Source of the DNA: Octopus vulgaris
Taxonomy: Eukaryota
NCBI GenBank assembly: GCA_951406725.2
Contig: OX597820.1
Location: 71,548,001 to 71,612,000, forward strand
DNA: 64,000 nucleotides
Direction of reading: 5' to 3'
Positions 1 to 12,138 of this stretch are shown in pieces. A program made the translations under genes and the position numbers. Within the stretch, counting starts at the first letter, position 1, and each line of letters starts with the position of its first letter. The notes beneath the pieces were generated by a model. The model saw nothing but the letters and a program-made list of their open reading frames with translations, did no database searches and was not told the DNA's origin.

Positions 1-129
1 TGGTCAATCAGTCTGCAGCATCTGTAGTTTTTTCTTTGTCCTCGTAGTAGTAGTTGATGATGATGATGATGACGACGATGACGATGATTACACTGCTATT
101 CCAGTAATAAGAAATGTTCCACTGCCTAA

Positions 130-465
130 TTCATTCTGCAAGGGACTAACATATAATTCTGTTATTGTCTCTTGTTTATGTTCTACTTGGCTCGATATCT
201 TAGCATCTCAACAGTTATCCCTGATGGCCAGGCTCCTTTCCCCTGCCTTCACATCTTTAATGACCATTTCAACCATATTGCTGTCAATTTCAAAAGTTGA
301 TTCATCTGTTAGATCTACTTGGGCCTTTTTTACTTTCTTTACACTGTCATTTTATTCAGCAACCTCTTGTTGTAACATTTCCAAACCTCCTCCCTCCTCC
401 TTGCTACCAGTGAGAGTGAGTGTGATGCTATCATCATATACATTCTTTCCACTAACCTGATTCAG
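130..465 (-). mobile_element. Old RTE LINE ORF remnant (APE-RT linker), left part of an element interrupted by a MULE
   Basis: Minus-strand translation gives EVWKCYNKRLLN and DSNMVEMVIKDVKAG..PSGITVEML, matching ETWRHHYERLLN and MVDKAIKGMKTMKAPGPSRITVEMLKIS of the RTE at 27684-28322; frameshifted. Confidence 0.65.
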
Positions 466-729
466 ATCCACAGGAATCACAACTTTGCATAAAATGACTG
501 TTCATTGAATGACATTTTATTGAAATGACTTTTTATCAAAACATTTATTGAATAATTTCCTAAGTATATTATTTTTTACAATAATTTTTTTGTCATCAGT
601 TATGTGAGTTGTGATTGTTGTTTAATATAACTGTGTAGACATCAAAACTTCAGATCAACCAATAGACAACATGGTACAAATATGTCTTCCCGTATCTGCT
701 TGATATTGATTATTTTTGCCCATAGCTGA

Positions 730-1980
730 GATGGAATATGTGTTGAGTAGAAGAGGAAAATATAAGATAATTCTTAATGGCTTTTCATATTTGAGTGACA
801 AGACAGTTAACAATACAGGAGATGTGACAAGTACTTGATATGTAGAAGCTAAATGTTGACTGATGTAAAGGAAATTCAAAACCAACCAATTGACCACGAT
901 CGTGAGCATTTGAAGTGGAAAAGTTAGTGTCTAAAATATGGGAAAAACTTGCTTACCTGGACAAGCAGACATTGACTGTCATCCAAGGTATGATACAGAA
1001 CTTTTCACTATAAGCTGCTAGTAATCTTTAAAAAAATAAGTTTTAATATAGATGGTTCACAGAAAGAAAGTAAAGGGCAAATAGACAAGCAGCATAAAAC
1101 AACCAGAGAAGAAGTTTTATTAAAAGAGGATGATGAAAATATTTTTTATATTTCTGAATTGCAAAGAAATCTAGACTGGCTTGTCCAAAATGATGGAAAA
1201 TTTGCTCTTGCTTCAGATGATAATCAATTATATATCATTCACTTTCTGTATGGCTCTTTTATTGTTTCTTTGCTTATGCTAAAATTGGTGCTGAAAGTTA
1301 AATCCTTTGAGTTATCAAAAAAACAAAGACCTGGCATTTCACCTGAGACAATGATCATTGACTCTGGAGTAATTGCATTTAAGACATTTTCTAATAACTT
1401 CTTCCTACAGTTGAAGTTTTTAAATATTGTTTTTCTTTTTTCAATTTTGAATTTTGTTATTATAAACGTTAGCCTATAGAGATTTCCCAATAAAAATTTA
1501 GAACATACTCGTATGATAAAATCCTGTAAAGCTCTGGCATTTGTGCTAGATGATGTATAAAAATTTCAAGTGCAAAAAATGTAGAGCAATAGGGATGAAC
1601 ATCTGCTTGGAGTTTTCATAGATTATGTTAAAATTATGTGGAATGGACTTGTTGGATATGAAAGATGACAGCCAAGATTTCTAATATGATGCTGGTATGT
1701 ATATAAAAATGTATTGCAATGTTCTACTCATAGCAGTGATGATTGTTACGCTGCATTTAGTAAATATATTGAAATTGTGCTGCCTCATGGGGAAAAAATG
1801 AAAATGTGAATAAAGTACAAGAGATATTTAATGAGTAAACTGGCTGGTGGTATTGATAACCCCCCCAAGAGAAAGAAATGACTTGTAGTGGATTAGTGAG
1901 TAAAGATCATTGTATTTGAATACCATGCTGTTAATAATCAAATAATTAATTATCTATAATGTTTATGCACATAACTTATA
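730..1980 (+). pseudogene. Decayed FLYWCH + MULE (Mutator-like) transposase
   Basis: MEYVLSRRGKYKIILNGFSYLSDK then RRCDKYLICR (FLYWCH-like). ORF 1159-1479 has RNLDWL..DGKF..QLYIIH..PETMIID..AFKTFSNNF (MULE DGTF/QLYTIH/IDFE motifs). Ends with AHNL near 1975. Many stops and frameshifts; element ends approximately 470-2285. Confidence 0.7.
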
Positions 1981-2289
1981 AAATTGGTAGTTTCAAATTT
2001 TTTAATGCGTTATTATTATTTAATCATTTTTTTGGAAGGAAATTCAAGTTTTATTTTCCATTTAATATGCTCTTATAAAAATTATTCTATATTTAAAATA
2101 TTCTACTTCAAAAATTATTCTTTAAAATATAATATATTCTGTTGTGTCTGGGGAGAAAATCCAAAAACGAAATATAATATATTTGCAAAATATAGATGTC
2201 ATTTTAATAAAAAGGCATGCTATATGATCTACTAATCTGGAATCTCAAGCTATAAAGTCATGCTATATTATCTACTGATCTGGAATATC

Positions 2290-3150
2290 ACACTCATTTT
2301 GTTTCTATAACAGAAACCTCTTCTTTCAGCTTCTTTTGTTCTTGTTTGGTATGCTCAGCATGTACCTTCTCTTCTAGTTGTCTAATATTGTTCCTGTTCT
2401 TTCATTTTCCATTTATTTCCCAGGGTCTCCTTTTTCTGTTCTACTTCACTACCATGTTACCTTCTGCTTGGCTAGAAATTGCCCCATACACAATTGGTTT
2501 GTGGCTCACAGCAGGATGTCTCACAGAAACTCCTAGCTGTTTATATGTTATAGTCCTCTGTTTTGTCTTTTTGATAAACATTTCACTTAATGCTTCTTTG
2601 AACCTAGAGCTAACAAAGGGATCTTTCAACTGCTATAGCTTTCTTCTCTATATTGTTTTGTGTTTCTGAGTAGCTCTTACTCTAATGTTGACTACTAGTC
2701 TATATTGAGTGGCATATTCTTCATTGGGAAAATACTTAGTATTCACTAAGATTTATCTATCCCTTTTTCTGGTGAGTTCATCATCATCATCATCATTTAG
2801 CGTCCGCTTTCCATGTTAGCATGGGTTGGATGGTTCAACTGGGGTCTGGGAAGCCAGAAGGCTGCACAAGGCCCAGTCTGATCTGGCAATGTTTCTACGG
2901 CTGGATGCCCTTCCTAACGCCAACTACTCCGTGAGTGTAGTGGGTGCTTTTTACGTGCCACCAGTACAGGTGCCAGACGGGGCTGGCAATAAAAATAGAG
3001 TCATAAAATCTATTTGGTTTTTCTGTTCAACTGAGTAGCAGGTGACCAAGTGTTTTCCAGTTTCTTGAAGCTAGTGTTACAAAAATTTTGGTCAAATATG
3101 TCAAAGAACTGAGAATCTTGGTCCTTCTTCATTATGTGTATCATGCAGTA
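2290..3150 (-). mobile_element. Old RTE LINE remnant (APE C-terminus and linker), interrupted at 2779-2988
   Basis: Minus-strand FCNTSFKK..LVT..QIDFM and KYFPNEEYATQYRLVV..QLKDP resemble ICNSNFKK..QIDYI and KTFPGEECTPQHRLVV..KLKDP at 27260-27515. Confidence 0.65.
2779..2988 (-). mobile_element. Young 5'-truncated RTE 3' end
   Basis: (CAT)n tail followed by ttccatgttagcatgggttgga...ggatgcccttcctaacgccaac, shared with the other RTE 3' ends in the window. Confidence 0.9.
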
Positions 3151-5616
3151 CCTTCATATACACCAGCCATGATTGTTGCAATCTGTTTTTGAGTGAAACA
3201 GCATGAGGAATTTGAAGAATTCCTTTTACTTTTTACTACTATCTGTGCTTTAGGTTTGCTCCAGATGCTAACTGGGATTTCTCAGCAACACAACAACTTA
3301 TATTGTATAATAAGGGAACTTTTATGTTTGAAATACAACCAAATCTTTCTCAAAGTGCACCCATCATCTTAAATAAAGAGAAAAATCATATTGAATAATG
3401 TAGCATATTCCTAAAAAGACTTAGTGATTACAATTGGAATGCTTTTGATCATAAGTTTACTCAATCAGAATTAACCCATGGATAATCAGCAACAATAATA
3501 ACAATTGTTAAATGTTCTTTGATCTTTCTGGGATTCAGAGTGCTATACACTATGAGTATTGATACACTTATACACATTTTCAACATCCAAGAAGCACACT
3601 AGTTGCTAACTACTAAGGTAAGAAATATGAAGGAAAACCTGATTTAGATGAGAGAAAAATTTAGTTAGCATCATTCCAAATATGAGTTCTGGTTTTTTCT
3701 TCTCATTGATTTGTCACCTGAAGAGGAATATTACTCATGGAATTTATGAGTTCTACTAGACTGAGAAGATTGATGCTAATAATATTCAGTTTGAATCTGT
3801 TTATGTCAACATGGACAGTTTTGTCAAGAGTATGGAGTTGTAAGTGAAACAAACTAGTGACAGTGTATTTACCTTCACTGATGATTACTTCAGAGGATTA
3901 CTTGTGAAAGCTGAGTTAAGATACATGTTCTCTATTGAGAACAAAAAATGATGAATTACTAGCTGGTGGTTGGGGATTTTAGAGAGTGGTTGAGAGGAAA
4001 TGAGAAAAGAAATCACGAAGGACTGTAACTGGAAGTGTTAGTTACCAATATCCACATGAATGCTATTAATGATATGCAAAGTAGAACTAAAGAAAGTGCA
4101 GACACCACCTTTATAAAAATATAGCTTGTTTATTACCTGAAGCTCAAAATATCTTTTGTTGCCACTACACGTATAGTTATTCACAGATACCAGTATACAT
4201 TTACAGAACTTCAAAAATCAACATCATTGGATGAATAATCTCCCTTCCATTTAGTCTGGAAAAATATAAGAACCATATGTTCAAAAGTGGCAACTGCATT
4301 AATAATCTCAAACACTATGCTGGAATACACATAACCTAAAAGTGCACAGAAACAGCAATTGTTGTATTCCAACTAGGTCCATTCCAACTGCCTTTGCTGT
4401 AACTGTCATTAGAATCTCAGTGACACCAAAACAGAGTGAACAACAAAGAGATAGCATCTTATCCAAATTGCAATGCTGAACCTTATACAATAAATAACTT
4501 TATGTTGGAGGGTACAGCATAGTCCTGGAAATGGAGGTATGGAGTATTTGAGGAAGCAAAATGCTGTGGATTGCACTTATGTGATTGACTGATGGTCAAC
4601 ATTGTATTAGTTTCATTAATCTGAGGTGCCTAAGTGCTAAACAATAACAGAAAATACTGTAATAAGCTTAGGAATGTAAAAGCATACCAAAAAGAAATGT
4701 AATTATCAAAATCATATATTATATTAAGTACCAAAGTGATGTAAAATGCTAAAAATATAAATATAAAGCAGAAGACAACTTGTAGCAGCAGAGACAGTTT
4801 TATATGTATAGTTGATAGATAGTTATAGTGTAGCTGGGAAAGCCTTTTCATCTTAGAAATCTGTAAAAAAGCAAGGATAAAATTTGTTGTTGAATACTCT
4901 CAATTAGCTCTGACTAGGTTGTGGCACAAAAGCAGTTAATTAGAAACCTTTTAATATTCTAATGTAAATCTTCCATAAAATGATTTAACTTCATAACTTA
5001 AAGTAAGAACAGGATACATGTGAGAGCATGACACTATGAATTTCCTAAGTAAATAAAATCATTCTTCTCATGATTTAACTTTTGGCTGTAAATTTCTGAA
5101 ATTGTCAATGATCACCATTAGAGAAAATAGAATTAGTTGATTAAAATGAATGCTGAGAATACTGACATATCAGCTTGGTTTCAAATACAAACCAATGTTT
5201 TAAACATTAAAAGAGAATTTAAAAACAAATGATTGCCATTTTATTCTTATGACTCAATAAAAAAGAAACTATAGTCCAAGTTGCTTTAGTAAGAAGCTTA
5301 GAAACATAAGCATCATTCATTAAAAAAGACAAAATGTTTTTTAGGTTTCCTACATTTTCCTTACAGTTCAGTAATAAAATATTTAGTCTCAACTATACTG
5401 AATGTGGGATAGTTCTTAGTTTGAATAATCTTACATGCAAAGCTAACTGCAAGTTCATCACTGAGGTATATATTTTAAAATGCTATAACATTACCTTTTA
5501 GCATAGCTCCTGAATGTTTCGGTGTTGCTTGATGTTAAGTATGGTCATATCAGCAATCATTTCCATTGCTAAGTATACATATGTACACACCATATATCAT
5601 CGTCATTATTATTATC

Positions 5617-6766
5617 AAGTGCCACACCCTGGCAGTTGAGGGGACCTGTGGAAGAGGTAGACCCAGGAAAACCTGGGTCGAGGTGGTGAAGCACGACCTT
5701 CGAACTCTAGGTCTCACCAAGGAAATGACCAGAGACCGAGACCTATGGAAGTATGCTGTGCGTGAGAAAACCCGGCAAGACCAGTGAGAACAATCAAAAT
5801 CAAATCATATATCAGAAAGCAGGGGTTAAGTGACCCATCTGTTCGTGTCCGCTGTCAGCCTCGTCTGGCACCCGTGCCGGTGATACGTAAAAGCACCATT
5901 CGCTCATGGCCGTTTGCCAGCTCTGCCTGGCCCTGTGTCGGTGGCACGTAAAAGCACCATCCGTTCATGTTCGTTGCCAGCCTCGCCTGGCCCCGTGCCG
6001 GTGACACGTAAAAGCACCGTCCGTTCGTGGCCGTTGGCCAGCTCTGTCTGGCCCCGTGTCGGTGGCACGTAAAAGCACCATCCGTTCGTGGCCGTTTGCC
6101 AGCTCTGTCTGGCCCCGTGTCGGTGGCACGTAAAAGCACCATCCGTCCGTGTTCGTTGCCAGCCTCGGCTGGCCCCCGTGCCGGTGACACGTAAAAGCAC
6201 CGTCCGCTCGTGGCCGTTTGCCAGCTCTGTCTGGCAACCGTGTCGGTGGCACGTAAAAGCACCATCCGTTCGCGTCCGTTGCCAGCCTTGGCTGGCCCCC
6301 GTGCCGGTGACACGTAAAAGCACCATCCGTTCGTGGCCATTTGCCAGATCTGTCTGGCCCCGTGTTGGTGGCACGTAAAAGCACCATCCGTCCGTGTCTG
6401 TTGCCAGCCTCGGCTGGTCCCCCTGCCGGTGACACGTAAAAGCACCGTCCGTTCGTGGCCGGTTGCCAGCTCTGTCTGGCCCCGTGTTGGTGGCACGTAA
6501 AAGCACCATCCGTTCGTGTCCGTTGCCAGCATCGCCTGGCCCCGTGCCGGTGACACGTAAAAGCACCATCCGTTCGTGGCCATTCGCCAGCTCTGTCTGG
6601 CACCTGTGCAGGTGGCACGTAAAAACACCCACTACACTCGCGGAGTGGTTGGCGTTAGGAAGGGCATCCAGCCGTAGAAACACTGCCAGATCTGACTGGG
6701 CCTGAGGAAGCCTTCCAGCTTCACAGACCCCAGTTGACGCTAAACGATGATGATGATGATGATGAT
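5617..6766 (+). mobile_element. 5'-truncated RTE LINE: ORF C-terminus, repeat-containing 3' UTR, (GAT)n tail
   Basis: KCHTLAVEGTCGRGRPRKTWVEVVKHDLRTLGL..DRDLW (typical RTE C-terminus), conserved 3' end and GAT tail. Confidence 0.92.
5853..6630 (+). repeat. 13 x ~60-bp GC-rich tandem repeat in RTE 3' UTR
   Basis: Recurring core ggtgRcacgtaaaagcacc and gccag-N-ctggc; two variants mostly alternate. Confidence 0.95.
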
Positions 6767-7740
6767 TGTCCTCCTCCTCCTCCTCATCATCTCTTCTATT
6801 ACATTTTCCTCTGTATATTCAGTATCACTGGGAAACTAAACAATTAGTTTGACATAATTAATTCCATTATCAACTGTTACAAGCATTTTGTGGGTGCAAA
6901 AGATAAAATTAAATTCAGTAGACTCATGCTAGAATTTAAAGTGGAGAATCTAAGACAGTCTAAAAGCATTCAAAGTGTTTTTAAACAGTATCTTCTGCAT
7001 TAAGCTTTAAATGAAATTTTGAGACCAGGATTTCTTCCAAGATAAGATCTTAATAAAACCTAACTTGCCCATATGAAATGCAAAACATGAACAAATAATA
7101 GTAATATTGTTATTCTCTTAACTATATGGCTATTTGTATTTAACTAAGTCTAAATATTACAATTAAGCTTAATACAAAAATATTGATTGAAAGAATTGTG
7201 ATAAAAATATATTTCATATGACTATGGATGGTTAGTAGGGTAAAATTATTTAAGGTATACAATTTCTTTATTTTAATAGCCAGAGGAACCCCTGTCTTTA
7301 AAATGCTTATTTTAGAAATATCTTACATGGCAGAAATGGAAACAAATATAAAATAAGTATATTATCTCCTTTTTAATTAACAAAGATGATCAATATTGTA
7401 AATTAAAACAAAAATAGAAATGATTTAAGGTAGGAAATGCGAAGCAATTTTAGCTAATAGAAATAGCTATGAAAATAATACAAAATAAAGACAATGACTT
7501 TTGAATATTTTTTTGGTATATTCAAAATGAAGCAAAAGTAATATGGGCTTCATAGATAAAGTACTGAAAATGAATATGAAATAAATTGGTACATTTTGTT
7601 TTCATGAAAAAATTATTTCCCTAGATTTAAAAATAACTTGGTAAATATATTTTATATGTCATTTTACTGAAGTAAAACTGCTCATATTTTCAGTCACGTA
7701 GGTACTCTCTTTGTTCTAATGTTATAAAATTTAGCTTACC

Positions 7741-8040
7741 AAAGCCTTGTGAGTGATTTAATCGACAGAAACTGTAAGAATCCCATCATGTGCTTAAGTG
7801 TGTATATGCTTGTATCTCCTTGTCTTGATATGGCTTGATACTTGTAAATGATTGCCTCTATAATATAAGTAGTGTCATTCATTTCCAATATTCTGTGAGA
7901 ACATGTTTGGCCATGCCAAAATATTAGCTTGCTTGGAAACAGATTAGTTTTGCCAACAACAGGGGCATCTAACCATATAAATCTATCTCAATAAAGTCCA
8001 CCCAACTCATGCAAGTATGGAAAAGAAGCCATTAAAATGA
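7741..8040 (+). mobile_element. Decayed SINE-like repeat ending in an RTE-like 3' tail
   Basis: aagccttgtgagtg..gaaactg..cttgcttggaaac..gggcatc..catgcaagtatggaaaag; related copies at 35290-35613, 39240-39458 and 63840-63965. Confidence 0.55.
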
Positions 8041-8109
8041 TAGCCAACTGGAAATGGTAACTTCCTAGACATTGGTTTCACTACTTTGATATCAAATTAA
8101 GAGTAGTCC

Positions 8110-8975
8110 TAAAAAGTTTACAAAGTGTAAAATCTGGTATCATCCTTGCTTCACCAATAATATTAAAACTCTGATTCTAAAAGTCTTTTAGGAATTTCTG
8201 GATAGAAATTTCCCTCCTCATATTATGGAATTTTAATAAACTGTTAAACTTCCATATTCTGCTACCCACAGTCTGGAAGTACTTATAGCAGTTTCTTATA
8301 GAAATAAAATATGAAAATATTTTAGCAATTTACCATTATTTAGTCAACAGTCTTATATAGTTTCTCAATGTTCTCTGCCTAATTATTAAGTTCACAAAAG
8401 AAAGAATCCTAAAGCGAAACCTGTGACAGGACTATCAAATGATACTATCAACCCAAGAAATCTTGAAATTAATAATCTAACACCTACTTCTCCTACTAAT
8501 GTACTTGGTAAATAAACCAACAACTCAATTACACCTGAATTACATAATACAGACTGGGTGTTCTAAATAGTCACTCAGATTCCTTAACAATGAACATAAA
8601 TGTTCTAAGAAGAAGGATTGTCAATTGGATGGAGATTGTGCCCGTGGGAACGTAGTACACAAGTGTGTTGCTGCTATGGATTAAACTATTTGCTTTTACA
8701 TTGGATTGACAATCCAGTTAAGAGGAGAATTTTTATCCATTGACATACCTTAACTTAATTTAAATTTTCCTCATTGCTAGATATATTTCCTCCCTAAAAT
8801 TCAAGAATATTGTTTGCCATATTAACTATTTCATGGTAACCATAGTGAAACTCTACCAAGAAGGTACTCTGCCTACATGAAGTCTGGGAATTTTATTAGC
8901 TTAAAAGGAACACATGTTAAAGCAAATGCAACAAATTGTTAAGTAATTGCAAGCATACATTAAAATTTCAGAATT
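8110..8975 (+). mobile_element. Penelope-like element remnant (linker + GIY-YIG endonuclease)
   Basis: KIWYHPCFTNNIKT..FLDRNFPPH..TVKLPYS, then from 8601 CSKKKDCQLDGDCARGNVVHKC..FYIGLT, ending LLSNCKH..KF. These match PLE motifs WFNPPF, CPLDGKC..VVY..YIG and SKCRH. Confidence 0.8.
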
Positions 8976-9172
8976 TTCTAACAAAATGTTTATTTTTATT
9001 AGAGTTACAAATCTTCATCTCCCTGTCTCTTTCCATAATTACTATGTTTTATTAATGAATGTACTTAACTTATAATTTTCACGTTTCAGTTTTATATTTT
9101 TTTCATTCCAAAGTTATTACATGCTAATTTAATTAACAACAATGTTATCTTAAAGTTTAGTGACAAGTTTCC

Positions 9173-9445
9173 TCAAGTCTCAAGAATCTTTCTTAGGAAC
9201 ATTGCAGAATTAAGCATTGCACTTTCCTGCAGGTCAACAATGCAAGTCTCAATTCCAATATCTTTCAATGTCTTAAGTAGTAGTTTGGGTGCTGTGCCAA
9301 GCGCACCAATTACCACAGGAATAACTGTTGTCTTAACCTTCCACAATCTCTCCAACTCTGGCTTGGTCTTGATATTTCTCAATTTTATCAATTTCTTTGG
9401 TTATTTCTGTTATCATATGGTATTGCAAAATCTGTGACCTTGTTG
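9173..9445 (-). mobile_element. R4/Dong-like non-LTR retrotransposon 3' fragment (RLE C-terminus)
   Basis: DFAIPYD..KEIDKIEKYQD and ELERLWKVKTTVIPVVIGALGTAPK..LQESAMLNSAMFLRKIL. Confidence 0.8.
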
Positions 9446-9824
9446 TCGTTATTATATATACCCTTAAAACAAATCAATGTCTGAAGTAAGTCTCTTACAC
9501 CATTAAACAAATTCTCCAAAAATTTCTTTACCTTATATTTTATACTTAATTCAATATGTTTTTTTACCTTCTTTTTAATATATCTGATCGTATTTTCAAA
9601 TCTTATTTTGCATCATTTTCCATGAAACTACTTTCTTTATTCACTTACCTTCACCTTGTCATGTCTCAGTCCACCTTAATTTTACTTTATTTTGTTTATA
9701 CTTTATATCATTTAAGCCCATCTTTGCTGTATTTCAGCTTATCTAAAGTCTATATTGCAGCATCTATTCACATGCCTTGTTACTTCACTAATATGTTTTA
9801 AATGTGTGTGTGCATGCACATGCA

Positions 9825-9858
<34 letters not shown>

Positions 9859-10625
9859 TGCACATTTATGTTCATGCATATGAGTTGATCTCTGTGTATG
9901 AGTCTTCATCGCCTAGTTCACTTTTAACAGTGAGACGACAGTGACATTGCAAATGTGGCCAAACACACTCCAAGTGACATGATCTGAACTATTTAACATT
10001 AAAAATTTTTTTTTTTATTTAACTTTACTATCAATTTGATCTTATATTTTGGCTCCCCATTTTCTTTTTCTTCTTTCTTTTTTCATATAATCCTCTTCCA
10101 GATGCCTGGTTATGGAAGGGGAAAAGGAGATAAAGAAGGAAAAGTGTTCTGTCCATTTTTTACTTTATTTTTTCACATTTCTCTTTTTTTTTCTTTTTTT
10201 ATGTTTATATTTTTCTCTTTCTTCTTCCTTTTCTTTTTCTTTTTCTATTTAATCTCTGCCATTCAGATATATTGTCCGTTTAATCAGGTATTTATCTATC
10301 TGTTTACTTATGTACTCAAATTCTCCATATCCTCTTCTTCATATGTATCTCTACTTTTACTTTTACTACCCATTTTTTCTACTCTATCTCTTTTCCCCCT
10401 TCCATCTCCTTTTTTCCTATATCATCTCTTCCTCTCTGCTTTAAAGCAGGTTTTCTATAACCATTCCAAGTGCTATAAATAAAGCAAACTTTTGTTGACC
10501 ATTTATATTTTGAACTACCAACTGAAAAAGGTAGCACTATGTAAGGGTATCTTACATAAATTAGTAGATATGTGTATTAAATGCATTCAAAATATCAATA
10601 TTTGATTTTGTGCTTGTCTTGAAAT

Positions 10626-11510
10626 ATCATCATCATCATCGTTTAATGTCTGCTTTCCATGCTAGCATTGGTTGGACGATTTGACTGGGGTCTGGCGAAC
10701 CAGATGGCTGCACCGGACTCCAATCTGATCTGGCAGAGTTTCTACAGCTGGATGCTCTTCCTAATGCCAACCACTCCGAGTTTGTAGTAGGTGCCTTTAT
10801 GTTCCACCGGCATAAGGACCAGCCAGGCAGTACTGGCAGTGGTCACACTCAGATGGTGCTTTTTATGTGCCACCTGCACAGGAGCCAGTCCAGCGGCACT
10901 GGCGACGACCTTGCTCAGATGTTTTTTCATGTGCCACCAGCACAAGTGCCACTAAGGTGACGCAGGTAACGATCATGCTCGAATGGTGCTTTTTACATGC
11001 CATTGGCACGGAGGCCAGCTTGTTGCTCTGGCAACGATCACGCTTGTATGGTACTCTTAGCGCTCCACTAGCATGGAAGCCAGTCATCGAATTTGATTTC
11101 GATTTCACTTGCCTCAACAGGTCTTCGCAAGCAGAGTTTAGTGTCCAATGAAGGAAAGGCATGCATAAGTGGGCTGGTTACACCCCTGGCATAGGCTATG
11201 AGGTTATGGTCTCACTTGAGCTTGCCAAGTCTTCTCAAGCACAGCATATTTCCAAAGGTCCCAGTCACTAGTCATTGCCTTGGTGAGGCCCAATGTTCGA
11301 AGGTCATGCTTCACCACCTCATCCCGGGTCTTCCTGGGTCTTCCTCTTCCACAGGTTCCCTCAACCGCTAGGGTGTGGCACTTTTTCACACATCTATCCT
11401 CATCCAGTCTCACCACATGGCCATACTAGTGCAGTCATCTCTCTTGCACACCACATCTGATGCTTCTTAGGTCCAACTTTTCTCTCAAGGTACTAACACT
11501 CTATCGAGTA
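10626..11510 (-). mobile_element. 5'-truncated RTE LINE (ORF C-terminus + 3' UTR with ~5 diverged hairpin modules)
   Basis: ORF 11204-11416 CVKKCHTLAVEGTCGRGRPRKT; (CAT)n tail at the left end. Confidence 0.92.
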
Positions 11511-11789
11511 CATATATATATATATATCATCATCATCATCATCATCATCATCATCGTTTAACGTCCGCTAGCACGGGTTGGACGGTTTGACCGGGTCTGG
11601 GAAGCCAGGGGCCGCACCAGGCTCCAGTCTGAATCTGGCAGAGTTTCTACGGCTGGATGCCCTTCCTAACGCCAACCACTCCGTGAGTGGATTGGGTGCT
11701 TTTTACGTGCCACCTGCACAGGGGCCGGAGGGTCCGGCATCGTCACGATCGGTTCGAGCATTTTAACGTGTCAGCGGCACGGGGGCAAC

Positions 11790-12130
11790 GAGGTCCGGGG
11801 TACTTTGGGGATCCAGGGTACTTTGGGGATCCGGGGTACTTAGAATGAGTACGTAGTAACAACGAATAGAAATATTAAGTCACTAGCTGGCTGTCTTTTC
11901 ACAGTGAAAGCATGAGGAGAAGGGGTAGTGGGGGGAGGAGGGAGTAGGCGTACCCGGTGTAGTGACGTATCCGGTGTAGATGGTGAGGACAGGGTATACT
12001 GGTATTGGTGGTGTGGGGTGAGGAACAGTGTTCACCAGTATTGGTGGTGTTGGCGGTGAGAACAGTGTTCACCGGTATTGGTGGTGGGGGTGAGAACAGT
12101 GTTCATCGGTATTGGTGGTGGGGGTGGGGG
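11790..12130. repeat. Short G-rich tandem repeats (~18 bp x3 at 11793-11841; ~33-39 bp x4 at 11982-12125)
   Basis: ggggatccggggtacttt units and ggtgagaacagtgttcaccggtattggtggtg units read directly. Confidence 0.8.
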
Positions 12131-12138
12131 GCGGGCGT

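Noticed and set aside
4630-4880. Possible host exon after a minus-strand acceptor (ttttttacag)
   Set aside because: No matching donor, no recognisable peptide and no neighbouring exons.
5853-6630. CRISPR-like repeat/spacer array
   Set aside because: The 'spacers' are homologous to each other, there are no cas genes, and the context is a eukaryotic LINE UTR.
5855-6705. Overlapping 217-259 aa ORFs in all three minus frames
   Set aside because: They are open-frame artefacts of a GC-rich ~60-bp tandem repeat in a LINE UTR.
10036-10482. 148-aa hydrophobic ORF
   Set aside because: T/C-rich low-complexity sequence giving poly-Phe; no domain.
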